Below are positions 8,308 through 17,894 of a DNA stretch of 64,000 nt, in pieces. The notes below the pieces were generated by a model. The model was not told where the DNA came from and searched no databases. It saw only the letters and a program-made list of their open reading frames with translations. The translations under genes were made by a program, and so were the position numbers. The first letter of the stretch is position 1, and every line of letters begins with the position of its first letter. Source of the DNA: an uncultured Myxococcales bacterium (GTDB lineage: Bacteria > Myxococcota > Kuafuiibacteriia > Kuafuiibacteriales > Kuafuiibacteriaceae); assembly GCA_964463485.1 (NCBI GenBank), contig CAYXDO010000049.1, positions 1,889 through 65,888 of the forward strand. Direction: 5' to 3'.

Positions 8308-11142
8308 TCATTTGTAGATTTTGCACCGAACGAGGAACGACTCCCAACTCTCCTTCCCGAACACCTTGTCACCGACGAAGCCGCCGATCATACAAGCCAC
8401 TCCTACCGCGGCGACGACCGGGGCCGCGGGTCCAAACAACGGCGACACCGCCAGAATCCCACCGCCCACCGCGGAGACTCCCTTCGAAACAGCGCCGGCC
8501 GTGTCCCCTTCCTTGGCATCCTGGCAGGCCGCCACAGCGTCCGAGAAGGCTCCGATCACCGCTCCGACGGAGCCGAAGATCTTACCGGCTACGCCGGCGA
8601 GCTTGGACTTGGCGAGCACACTGATCACCTCGAGGGCACCTTCACCCGCTGAGAAGATCGACGACGCAAACGATCGGCGTGCCTCGGGCGTGTCGAAGCC
8701 ACTCGTCGCGGCCCCCAAGAGCGACACGGCCGTCGTGAACATCGAGAGCTTGCCGTTGGCGTTCAAGCCTTCGACGATCTTGATCGCTTTGCCGAGCTCC
8801 GGATTCTTGATGGCCATGCCCCTCAACGCGCGCAGGATCTTGCCCGGGTTGTTGGCAAAGTCCTTCGAGTCCCCGTACAGCTCGGTGAGTTGGCTGATCA
8901 CTGCGGCAACGTTGCCGGAGCACGCGATCGAGTCCGGATCCATGCCCAGGGCCTCGAGCGCAGCCCTGACCGCGGTGGTTTGACCGTCCCTCGACGCGGC
9001 GCGCCAGCGCTGACCAGCGCCGAGCTCGATCTCGCGAGCCGCCATTTCTTTGATCAGTTGGTCCGCGAGCGCCGGATCCGCGAGCCGCAGCTTGGAGAGC
9101 TCGCGGGCGAGCGTTTCGTCGGCCTGCTTGCCCCGGCCAGTGGCTCGAAGGAGCTCGAGCGATCTGCGGAAGGCCGGTGAGCCCACTCGCGCATAGATCT
9201 CCCTGGCTCGTCCGGGCCATCCCGAACTCTTGGCGACCTCCCCGAAGATTCGAGCGACTTCGTCCTGGAGCTCGGAGTCATTCGCCAGCGACTTTCCCCA
9301 AGATTCCAGTTTCGCCCCGTCGATCTTCTTGGCCATCTCCGGGTTGGCATTAATCGAGAGAGCCTTCAGATAGTCTCGATAGTCTTCGAGCTTCTTCAAG
9401 AGCTTCGGGTTCGCTCCGGTCTCTCGAAGGGTCTTGATCTCCCTCTCGAGGGCCTGGAAGCACTTCGGTCCGTTTTCATCGAGCTCGCGAGAGAACTTCG
9501 TGGCGTCGTAGGAGCCGAAGTACTCATCGTCGAGGAGCTTGCGCGAGAGGTCGCTCGTCCCGTCGCTCTTGCCGTGAAGCGCGAGGTAGCGCGCCACCTG
9601 GTCTCGCTCGGCCTCGGAGAGGTCTCCCCAGTTACTCACGAGGTCACGCGCCATCGCCGCGCGCGTCTTCGAGTCGCGGGCGGAGAGGAACGCGAGCTTG
9701 TCCTGAGTATCGAGCTGATCGAGCAGGCGCCCGCAGCCGGGCATGGTGATGCTGTCGCGCAGCGCCATCACGCAGTCCGATTTGTTTGGATTCGACGACG
9801 AACCGCTCTCGAGCATTCTCTTGACGAGTTTGGCGCGCTCGTGGTCGTCGAGCTGAGTTACGGCCTGGGAGAACACCGCGCCCGTCCCATTCGACCCGGA
9901 TTCCCAGATGGCGATCAACTCATCGGTGCGAAGCCATGCCTGCATTTTCGCGAGGGCCTTGGCCGAGTCTTCGACGCCAACATGAGTCCGGAGCGTGCGA
10001 AGGGCGATCGATCTCACCTGAGTCGCGTCGGCCCCTTCGGTGGAGGCGATCGACGCGAGGGTGTCGAGGAGGTCGGCAGAGGGCGACTTGACCGCGGCGC
10101 TCTTCTCGAGGGCTTCGGCGACCAAGCGCGGTTGCTTCTGGGCGCACTCGACCAGCGCGGCCCGGGCCTCGGCGCTTCCTGACCCACCGTCACGAACGCG
10201 ATCGCACAGCGCTGCGATCGCGGCGCTGTCCCCCGAGCGCGCGCGCTCGGTCAACGCCTTGACTTCGGCAAGCGCTCGGCTCGTGGACGAGTCCACGGAG
10301 TACGGGGCCAAGTCTCGCCGAAGCTCCGGATCATTGGTCTCGAGCGCGATCTTACGCAGGCGGCGCTCGGCCAGCGCCAGCGCCGTGGGGTCCGCCTTCG
10401 AGTCACTTCGAAGCGCGTCCACGAGGGCCGCGAGCTCTCGGGCCGCGCGCGCATTGCCCGCGAGCGCGGAGCGCCCGAGCACGCTCTGCGCGGCCGAGCG
10501 GACTTCGGCGTCTGGGTCCTGTTGCGCGAGCTTCCGGACGAGCTCGAGGTCTTCATCCGCGAGCCGCTCCGGCTGCTTGGTGAAGATCGACGTGAGCACG
10601 TCGAGCGCGGCGAGCTTCTCCTTCGAGCTCCCGCCGAGCATGGATCGCAGCTCCTCTCGCGCGGCGAATGGCGCGTGAAAGTAGCCCATCTCGAAACGAA
10701 CGAAGAACGACGCGAGGTCTTCGGTGAGGTTGGGTCGCAGAGCGTGGTAGTCGCTCGGATCGAGGTCGCTTCGCTTGGCCAGCGCCTTTGCCGCGGCGGC
10801 CTTCTGCTCCTTGGTCTTGGCGTTCTTGAGAGCCTGACGAGCCTCGAGGAGCTCGGTCGCCGGCTCCGAAGCCTCCGCGCAAAGGAGCGGTCGCCCGATT
10901 CGACTCGAAATCAGCCGCGACCGAAAATCCGAGACCAACTCGGGCGACACCGACGGCTGACCGTGGGACGACGGCGCCGGGTTGCGTGCCGGTCGGGGCT
11001 TCGTGGCAGAGGGTGCGACATAACGATCGCTGCCACCAGGAGCGCTCGGTGCCCGAGGTGCGCGTGCGAGTCGAAGCTCTGGTGCTCTGGGAGCCGCAGC
11101 GAGGCGCGGCAGCATGTACTGGAGGCCAGCGATCTTGTTCAT
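8308..11142 (-). CDS. 944-aa hypothetical protein: disordered N-terminus, HEAT/ARM-like helical core, Gly/Ala-rich hydrophobic C-terminal helices
   Basis: Long ORF with coding-like composition from ATG 11142, HEAT-like DPDAEVRSAAQSVLG, and two to three hydrophobic segments at the C-terminus. Confidence 0.7.
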   Translation of the reverse strand: MNKIAGLQYMLPRLAAAPRAPELRLARAPRAPSAPGGSDRYVAPSATKPRPARNPAPSSHGQPSVSPELVSDFRSRLISSRIGRPLLCAEASEPATELLEARQALKNAKTKEQKAAAAKALAKRSDLDPSDYHALRPNLTEDLASFFVRFEMGYFHAPFAAREELRSMLGGSSKEKLAALDVLTSIFTKQPERLADEDLELVRKLAQQDPDAEVRSAAQSVLGRSALAGNARAARELAALVDALRSDSKADPTALALAERRLRKIALETNDPELRRDLAPYSVDSSTSRALAEVKALTERARSGDSAAIAALCDRVRDGGSGSAEARAALVECAQKQPRLVAEALEKSAAVKSPSADLLDTLASIASTEGADATQVRSIALRTLRTHVGVEDSAKALAKMQAWLRTDELIAIWESGSNGTGAVFSQAVTQLDDHERAKLVKRMLESGSSSNPNKSDCVMALRDSITMPGCGRLLDQLDTQDKLAFLSARDSKTRAAMARDLVSNWGDLSEAERDQVARYLALHGKSDGTSDLSRKLLDDEYFGSYDATKFSRELDENGPKCFQALEREIKTLRETGANPKLLKKLEDYRDYLKALSINANPEMAKKIDGAKLESWGKSLANDSELQDEVARIFGEVAKSSGWPGRAREIYARVGSPAFRRSLELLRATGRGKQADETLARELSKLRLADPALADQLIKEMAAREIELGAGQRWRAASRDGQTTAVRAALEALGMDPDSIACSGNVAAVISQLTELYGDSKDFANNPGKILRALRGMAIKNPELGKAIKIVEGLNANGKLSMFTTAVSLLGAATSGFDTPEARRSFASSIFSAGEGALEVISVLAKSKLAGVAGKIFGSVGAVIGAFSDAVAACQDAKEGDTAGAVSKGVSAVGGGILAVSPLFGPAAPVVAAVGVACMIGGFVGDKVFGKESWESFLVRCKIYK

Positions 11143-11438
11143 GACAGGGGCCTTTTCAATTGCGGTGCCAAACGCCTCGAGGCCCGATCGCACCACCGAT
11201 CGGCCTCCGCGCAGCCCCAAGTTCCCACCCTGAGAAGGCCCAGTTCCCAGGGTGCGCCGCGCACGGTCGGTTTGAGATCGCGACGCGAGCGTCGTTTTGC
11301 GACCACTACGGCCCCGCGCCTGCAACTCGTCCGACCCATGGTTCGCCATCGGCATCGGCCGCCTTCCGACGTGGGCCCGAAGCGCGGCTGCTTGCGCTCC
11401 CAGGGGTCCGCGAAGGCTACTCATTCTTGCCCGGGACC

Positions 11439-11546
11439 GCGGGCATCTTGCCTGCGGCTGCGTCGTACGAAGTGAGCCCTTCGGTCGCTGGTGCAGGCAT
11501 CTTGCCTGCGGCTACGTCTTATGGAGTGAGTCCTTCGGTCGCTGGG
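11439..11546. repeat. Two 54-bp tandem units, each starting with a REP-like hairpin GC(A/G)GGCA-TCT-TGCCTGC
   Basis: Units start at 11439 and 11493. A related hairpin lies at 53308-53328. Confidence 0.75.
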
Positions 11547-11556
11547 ACCCCCGAAC

Positions 11557-12213
11557 CTACCGGCCGATTCCAGCCTCGCCGCGCGCTTCGGCGAGCAGCT
11601 CCGCGAGGGTTCCAAGATCGGCGGTCGCAAACCGATCGAGGTGAGCCAGCGCTCCGAGCTTGGTCCTCCAGGGCTCCCCGATCGCGAGCTGGCCGACGAG
11701 CTCGCCGATTCGGTGTTCCTTGGTCGTATGAGTGCCCCGTGCACTCAGCACGGCCTTAGCGAGCTTCTCGGCGGCTTGCTGCAAATGATAAGCGGCGAGC
11801 CGGTTGATGGGGGGCACGGACAGCCGCCGGGCAGCATCCAAGTCCTCGTCCGCCGCGGCGAGGTACCCAAGGGCGATCGGACTTGGAGCCACACGCTCGC
11901 CATACACCTGAACGCCTTCGAGCGCGACGGTCCGGCAGAGCGAGCCTGCAAAGCGACGCATCGTCTCGAACTCCCCGCGGCGAACCGGAACGATGTCGAC
12001 GGGCTCTGGAGCGTCACGAGCACAAGTATCCCAAGCCTTGGCCTGGTCGAGCGAGTCGTCCGAAGAGTCGTCTGGCAGCACCAGCAGCAGATCCCAGTCG
12101 CTCGTGGTCGTGGCGTCGCCTCGAGCGCGGCTCCCAAATACCCAAACCTGCTCCGGCCTCGTCCGCTCGACGACGTGGCGAAGCAACTCTCCGGGAATGA
12201 CCGAGCCCGCCAT
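11557..12213 (-). CDS. Minimal nucleotidyltransferase (MNT) - HEPN fusion protein
   Basis: VFGSRARG...SDWDLLLV (MNT), then ADEDLDAARRL...AYHLQQAAEKLAKAVL...KEH (HEPN), in one frame. Confidence 0.82.
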   Translation of the reverse strand: MAGSVIPGELLRHVVERTRPEQVWVFGSRARGDATTTSDWDLLLVLPDDSSDDSLDQAKAWDTCARDAPEPVDIVPVRRGEFETMRRFAGSLCRTVALEGVQVYGERVAPSPIALGYLAAADEDLDAARRLSVPPINRLAAYHLQQAAEKLAKAVLSARGTHTTKEHRIGELVGQLAIGEPWRTKLGALAHLDRFATADLGTLAELLAEARGEAGIGR

Positions 12214-12345
12214 CGCTGAAGCATACCACCGTGGCCCGGTGTTCCTTCTCAGTGCTCTCCAGGGTTCATGCGGAGGTTGAACTGAACCGCCGCAGATCGG
12301 TCGTGCACCCGCTCGGGGTCGACGGCGTCGATCTCAAGCTCTAGA

Positions 12346-13779
12346 GTGCGCGCCGTGAGCTCAGAAGTTCGCAGCATCCACTTGATCGGCATCTGCGGGA
12401 CCGGGATGGGTTCGTTCGCCGGCCTGCTCCACGCCGCCGGTTACCAGGTCCGCGGGAGCGACGAGAACGTCTACCCACCGATGTCCGACGCCCTGGCGGA
12501 GTGGGGGATCGAGGTCCGAAAAGGTTATCGCCCCGAGAACCTCGACCCAGCTCCGGATCTCGTCGTCGTCGGCAACGTGATTCGCCGGACCAACGCGGAA
12601 GCCCAAGCGGCCGTGGATCGTGGGCTCAATTACACGTCCTTCCCCAAGGCCCTCGGCGACCTCTTCCTCGAGCAACGGCACTCCGTCGTGGTCGCAGGCA
12701 CCCACGGCAAGACCACCACGACCAGCTTGGTCGCGTGGCTCCTGACCTCCGCGGGCCGAGACCCGGGCCTGTTGGTCGGCGGCCTGCCCGCGAACTTCAC
12801 GCAGGGCTTTCGGCTCGGAAACGGCCCGCACTTCGTCGTCGAAGGCGACGAATACGACACCGCCTACTTCGACAAGGTCCCTAAGTTTCTTCATTACAAG
12901 CCCAAGACCTTGATCGCGACCTCCCTCGAATACGATCACGCCGACATTTACGCGAACGTCGAGGCGATCGAGCGGGAGTTCGACAAGCTCTTCGCGTTGG
13001 TACCCGAGTCAGGGCGCATCCTCGCGTGCGCCACTTGGCCCAGAGTCGTCGCGCGAAAGGGCTCCGCCAGGGCGCCCGTCGAGACGTACTCCGCGCGACC
13101 AGGTATCGAAGCGGACTGGACGCTCGAAGACGTCGAGATGGGGCCCGGCGGAGTCGAGATGAGCGTCGTGTTTCGCGGCGTTCGGAAGGGCCACTTCGTG
13201 TTCCCGATGTCTGGCCTTCACAACGCCGAGAACGCGCTCTCCGCGATCGCCTTTGCGTTCGGCGCGGGACTCTCTCAGGACGAGATCCGCATGGGCCTCC
13301 GCACGTTCTTGGGCGTCGCGCGAAGGCAGACCGTTCGCGCGGAGGTCGATGGCGTGCGTATCATCGACGACTTCGCGCACCATCCCACCGCCGTGCGAGA
13401 GACGATCGCGGCGATCCGCAGCCGCTACCCCAACGGCAGGCTGATCTCGATCTTCGAGCCGCGCTCGGCGACCAGCGCACGCGCGCACTTCCAGGCGGAG
13501 TATGCGACCGCCTTCGCCGGCTCCGATCGTGTGATCATTGCAGGCGTAGGGCGCGCGGAGATCAAAGAGGGCGAGCGCCTCGACATCCAGAAGCTCGCGG
13601 CGGAGATTCGGCAGAGCGGAGTCGCTGCGGAGAGCATCGCGTCGGTCGACGACATCGTGAGCGCCCTCGCCGCAGACGCCAAGCCTGGCGACTCGCTCCT
13701 GTTCATGTCGAACGGAGCCTTCGGGGGCATCTACGGAAAGATGGAAGCCGCGTTGAGGGCCAAAAGCAGCCCGCGCTGA
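12346..13779 (+). CDS. mpl: UDP-N-acetylmuramate:L-alanyl-gamma-D-glutamyl-meso-diaminopimelate ligase (murein peptide ligase)
   Basis: IHLIGICGTGMG, GTHGKTTTT, EGDEYDTAYFDK, DDFAHHPTAV and MSNG are Mpl-type motifs. Confidence 0.9.
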   Translation: MRAVSSEVRSIHLIGICGTGMGSFAGLLHAAGYQVRGSDENVYPPMSDALAEWGIEVRKGYRPENLDPAPDLVVVGNVIRRTNAEAQAAVDRGLNYTSFPKALGDLFLEQRHSVVVAGTHGKTTTTSLVAWLLTSAGRDPGLLVGGLPANFTQGFRLGNGPHFVVEGDEYDTAYFDKVPKFLHYKPKTLIATSLEYDHADIYANVEAIEREFDKLFALVPESGRILACATWPRVVARKGSARAPVETYSARPGIEADWTLEDVEMGPGGVEMSVVFRGVRKGHFVFPMSGLHNAENALSAIAFAFGAGLSQDEIRMGLRTFLGVARRQTVRAEVDGVRIIDDFAHHPTAVRETIAAIRSRYPNGRLISIFEPRSATSARAHFQAEYATAFAGSDRVIIAGVGRAEIKEGERLDIQKLAAEIRQSGVAAESIASVDDIVSALAADAKPGDSLLFMSNGAFGGIYGKMEAALRAKSSPR

Positions 13780-13806
13780 ACGCCCGACCTCCGCGGCCCA
13801 CCCAAC

Positions 13807-14754
13807 CTACCAAAAACCTTTGTTGCTCCCGTACCAAGTGATCGTCCGCCGAATGCCCTCCGCAAAGAGAACCTTGGGAGAGTAGCCGATGAGCCGTTTG
13901 GCTCTCTCGATGTCGGCCAGCGAGTGTTTCACGTCGCCCACGCGCTCGGGGTCGTGAGTCGGCACGACGTTGGTCCCAAGCACGGCGTTGATCTCGCGAA
14001 CCAAGTCCAGCAGGTCGATGCGTTCGCCGCACGCCACGTTCATCACCTCGCCCGCGCATGCCCTGTCCGCTTCGCAGGCCGCGAGGTTGGCGGCGACGAC
14101 GTTGTCGATGTACGTGAAGTCGCGCGACTGCTTGCCGTCTCCGTGGATGGTCGGGGGCGTGCCGCTCTGAATCGCGGAGATGAACTTCGGGATCACCGCC
14201 GAGTAGAAGCTCGTCGGATCTTGTCGGGGTCCAAAGATGTTGAAGTAGCGAAGGGACACCGTCTCGAGCCCAAACGTCTGGAAGAACACGCGGCAGTAGA
14301 GCTCCCCGGCGAGCTTCTGGATCGCATAAGGGCTCAACGGTTTGGACTCCATGCTCTCGACCTTCGGAAGCGTCGGCGTGTCGCCGTAGGCCGACGAAGA
14401 GGCCGCGTACACGAAGCGCCTCACCCCGGCGTCCCGAGCTGCGACGAGCATGTTGACCGTGCCGGAAACGTTTACGGAGTTGGTCTCGATCGGGAGCGCC
14501 ACGGACTTTGGCACCGACGGGAGCGCAGCCTGGTGAAGCACGAAGTCGACGCCATCGACCGAGCGTCGCGCCGTGGCCAGATCCGTGACGCTGCCCTCGA
14601 GGAGCTCGATTCGCCCGCGGAAGGGCTCCAGATTCTTGCGACTCCCCGTCGAAAAGTCGTCGAGCACGCGAACGCGGTCCCCCCGAGCCACGATCGCTTC
14701 GACGATATTCGACCCTATGAAGCCGGCCCCGCCGGTCACGAGAAACAAGGCCAT
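13807..14754 (-). CDS. NAD-dependent nucleotide-sugar epimerase/dehydratase (extended SDR)
   Basis: VTGGAGFIGS, HQAALPSVP, YAIQK, LRYFNIFGPRQDP. Confidence 0.9.
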   Translation of the reverse strand: MALFLVTGGAGFIGSNIVEAIVARGDRVRVLDDFSTGSRKNLEPFRGRIELLEGSVTDLATARRSVDGVDFVLHQAALPSVPKSVALPIETNSVNVSGTVNMLVAARDAGVRRFVYAASSSAYGDTPTLPKVESMESKPLSPYAIQKLAGELYCRVFFQTFGLETVSLRYFNIFGPRQDPTSFYSAVIPKFISAIQSGTPPTIHGDGKQSRDFTYIDNVVAANLAACEADRACAGEVMNVACGERIDLLDLVREINAVLGTNVVPTHDPERVGDVKHSLADIERAKRLIGYSPKVLFAEGIRRTITWYGSNKGFW

Positions 14755-14876
14755 CCGTCCCGCCCCATGGGGCGCAGAGCCGCGCGAGTCAACCTCCTCG
14801 CTCCGCCCGCGGAGACGCTCCGTCTACGCCCGAACCCTCATCGACTCGTCCCGAGCTTTCTGTATCATCCGCCGCG

Positions 14877-15827
14877 ATGGTCGATCTTCCTGCGCGGCAC
14901 GAGCCTTGGTGGAGCCGCTCGGGGACCGCGATGGCCGCCGACGGCACGCCGCTGGCGTTCGCGTCCGGCGGGCCCGAGCGAGCGCGAGCGATCGTCGCCT
15001 GCAACGGCCTCGGGGTCTCGACGTTCTTCTGGGACTATGTCGGGCGCCGCTTCGCTCGCGACCACCAGGTCGTGGTGTGGGACTATCGAGGCCACGGCGC
15101 GTCCGGCGAGCCGAGCCACTTGGGGCACATGCGTATGGCCGACGTCGCTGACGACCTCGCCCGGGTCATGGACGCCAATCAAGTCGACCGCGCGCTCCTG
15201 CTCGGACACTCGCTCGGCTGCCAAGTCATCCTCGAGTTCTTCCGCCTCTTCCCGGATCGAGTGCTCGGGCTCGTACCCATCCTCGGCGCCTACGGCCATG
15301 CGGCCGAGACGTTCATCGACCCTCGCGTGGGTCGCGCCGCGCTCGACGTCGCTTATGCCGTCGGCACGCGCGTGCCCGAGGTCATCAACCTCGCCGGACG
15401 CGTCGCGTTGCGAAGTCGAATCGCGTGGCCTTTTGCGCGCCTCACCGGCCTCGTCCATCGCGACATGTGCCGGCGCGAAGACATGGACCCCTACCTCGAG
15501 CACTTGTCCCGCATGAACAGCCGCGTCTTCGTGGAGATGGCGCGAGCCGCGCAGGAGCACGACGCGGGCCCGTGGCTCGGCGAGATCCGTTGCCCCACGC
15601 TCGTCGTGGCCGGAGAACGAGATCTCTTCACCCCTCGTCATCTGTCGTTGGAGATGGCCCAGCGGATCCCGAACGCAGAGCTCCTCGAGATCCCGCGCGG
15701 ATCGCACGCCGCGCTGATCGAGCAGCCGGAGCTCATCAACCTCCGACTCGAAAAGTTCATACGAGACCGGCTCGTTCCGTTCGAGGCCGAAACCCAGAGC
15801 ACCATCGCCGCAGCCCCGGCCTCCTGA
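14877..15827 (+). CDS. Alpha/beta hydrolase
   Basis: WDYRGHG, GHSLG nucleophile elbow, GERDLFTP, GSH catalytic His. Confidence 0.85.
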   Translation: MVDLPARHEPWWSRSGTAMAADGTPLAFASGGPERARAIVACNGLGVSTFFWDYVGRRFARDHQVVVWDYRGHGASGEPSHLGHMRMADVADDLARVMDANQVDRALLLGHSLGCQVILEFFRLFPDRVLGLVPILGAYGHAAETFIDPRVGRAALDVAYAVGTRVPEVINLAGRVALRSRIAWPFARLTGLVHRDMCRREDMDPYLEHLSRMNSRVFVEMARAAQEHDAGPWLGEIRCPTLVVAGERDLFTPRHLSLEMAQRIPNAELLEIPRGSHAALIEQPELINLRLEKFIRDRLVPFEAETQSTIAAAPAS

Positions 15828-15983
15828 TTCATGTCCCACATCCCGTGATGCGCGTGGATGTGCTCGAAGCTCGAGTCGCGCACGAGCCGCGAGGAATCAC
15901 CGGGGCGAGCTGCGCGCCTCCAAGAGCTGCGCGACGATTTCAGGGCTAGGAGCACACCCCGGTCTGCTAGAAGGGGGAGCCGG

Positions 15984-17612
15984 GTGGCCGTCCCTCAAAA
16001 CGCCTCAGCGCGCGGCTTCGACACCTCGATCGACCCTCGCCAGCGCTACCAAATCGTCGGTCGTATCGCCGCGGGCGGGATGGCCGAGATCTACCTCGCC
16101 AGGACGCGCGGGAACGCCGACGTCGAGCGCGAGGTCGTGCTCAAACGGCTGCTCCCGGAGCTCCAGACGAACAAGGAGTTCGTCGCCATGTTTCGGGACG
16201 AAGCGCGGATCGCGGCCCAGCTCAGCCATCCGGGCATCGTACAGATCTACGAGCTCGGCGAGCTCGACGGCTCGCTGTTCATCGCGATGGAGCTCCTCCG
16301 GGGCATCAACCTCCGCGATCTCTTGGCGCGAGCGTACTCACGAAAGAAAACGATCCCGCTGACGCTCATCGTCCGCGTGGCATGTCTCTGTCTGGAGGCC
16401 CTGGAGTACGCCCACAGCTTCAGCAACGCGCGCGGAAAAAAGCTCAACGTCGTTCATCGCGACGTGTCTCCACAGAACATCGTCGTGACCTACGAAGGCG
16501 CCGTGAAGCTCGTCGACTTCGGCGTAGCCAAAGCCGAAGGCCGCCTCCATCAGACCGCCGCGGGCATGGTCAAAGGCAAGTTCGCGTACATGGCGCCCGA
16601 GCAGATCACGGGAGGTCGCGTGGACGGCCGCGCCGATCTGTTCGCGCTCGCCGAGGTCATCTATGAGGTGCTGCTCCGTCGGCATCCGTTCTACGCGCCC
16701 ACCGACGTTCAGGTGCTGCGAGCGATCATCGAAAAGGATCCGCCGCACCCGAGCGACTTCGACCAGAGCTTCCCTCGCGGGCTCGGCGACATCTTGATGA
16801 AGGCGATGGAGAAGCATCGCGACAAGCGCTTCAAGAACGCCGGCGAGATGCACGAAGCGCTCGAAAGTTTTCTACTCGCAGAACGGACCCCCGCGACGAC
16901 CGCGATGCTCGCCAAGTACCTTCGCGAGGCCTTCGCCGATCGCCTCGAGGCCGAGCAGTACGCACGCGAGTCCGGCGACGACGCGCAGCTCATCGAGGTC
17001 CTGACCGCTGGACAAGCCGAGGCCATCGCGGTGCTCGGCGAAGACGGCGTGAAGTTGATGGCCTCGCGCCAGTCGGTCGCCGAACCCATCGAGACCATCG
17101 CGGCGAGCGAGTACGAGGCGCCTACGCAAGGCGGCGCCGAGCGACCCCAAAAGCCCGCGCCGCGGCAGACCTCCATCGAAGGTGAGGACGACATGCCGAC
17201 GATGATGGGTGCGTTGACGCCAGACGAACGGGCCGAGCTCGCACCAGTCGTCGAAGTGCGAAGGCCAGATCCACCACCTCCGAAGATCCGATCCAGTGTG
17301 GCTCCGCCCGCCCGGCCTCCTGCCCCAGCGAAGGCCACGCCTCTGCCCCCAACAGCTCCGTTTCCCGTCCCCGACTTCTCGGACCCCGACTTCTCCGATG
17401 ACACGGAGGGGGGCGACCCGCGCCGACCCAAGCCCGCGACGCCCAAGCCCGGACCGCAGTCTCCGCGGTCTCCCATCTCCTCCGAGGTCACCGCCGCGGA
17501 CCGTACGGCCCGGGAGAAGCTCGGGATCTGGCTCTTCGTGACGGGGCTCGTCGCGCTCCTCGTGGCGATCGGCGCGGCCGTCGTGCTGTTGACCCGGCCC
17601 CCGCCGGGCTGA
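15984..17612 (+). CDS. Ser/Thr protein kinase with C-terminal TM helix
   Basis: IAAGGMAEIY, HRDVSPQN, DFG, GKFAYMAPEQ. GTG 15984 is preceded by GGGGAG. Confidence 0.92.
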   Translation: MAVPQNASARGFDTSIDPRQRYQIVGRIAAGGMAEIYLARTRGNADVEREVVLKRLLPELQTNKEFVAMFRDEARIAAQLSHPGIVQIYELGELDGSLFIAMELLRGINLRDLLARAYSRKKTIPLTLIVRVACLCLEALEYAHSFSNARGKKLNVVHRDVSPQNIVVTYEGAVKLVDFGVAKAEGRLHQTAAGMVKGKFAYMAPEQITGGRVDGRADLFALAEVIYEVLLRRHPFYAPTDVQVLRAIIEKDPPHPSDFDQSFPRGLGDILMKAMEKHRDKRFKNAGEMHEALESFLLAERTPATTAMLAKYLREAFADRLEAEQYARESGDDAQLIEVLTAGQAEAIAVLGEDGVKLMASRQSVAEPIETIAASEYEAPTQGGAERPQKPAPRQTSIEGEDDMPTMMGALTPDERAELAPVVEVRRPDPPPPKIRSSVAPPARPPAPAKATPLPPTAPFPVPDFSDPDFSDDTEGGDPRRPKPATPKPGPQSPRSPISSEVTAADRTAREKLGIWLFVTGLVALLVAIGAAVVLLTRPPPG

Positions 17613-17699
17613 GCTCCTCGTCGCTTCCTCCTTGACTTGACGAGCAGCGACGTTTAGCGAGCTTCACCCTGCCACTTGGGCGTGGAAGGGGGTGATTTG

Positions 17700-17894
17700 A
17701 TGCCGGGAATTAGAGTTAAAGAAGGCGAGTCCTTCGAGCGCGCCATGCGACGCTTCAAGAAGCAGTGCGAGCGCGCCGGCATCTTGGGCGAGATTCGGAA
17801 GCGTGAGCATTTCGAGAAGCCTTCCGTTCGAAAGAAGAAAAAACAGGCTGCCGCGCGTAAGCGTCTCCTCAAGAAAATGAGGAAGGACACCTGA
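17700..17894 (+). CDS. rpsU: 30S ribosomal protein S21
   Basis: [42 protein letters not shown]; first gene of the rpsU-dnaG-rpoD operon. Confidence 0.97.
   Translation: MPGIRVKEGESFERAMRRFKKQCERAGILGEIRKREHFEKPSVRKKKKQAAARKRLLKKMRKDT

Noticed and set aside
13924-15516. 530-aa plus-strand ORF
   Set aside because: Overlaps the epimerase (antisense) and the hydrolase (off-frame); the translation is Arg/Ser-rich with no recognisable motif.
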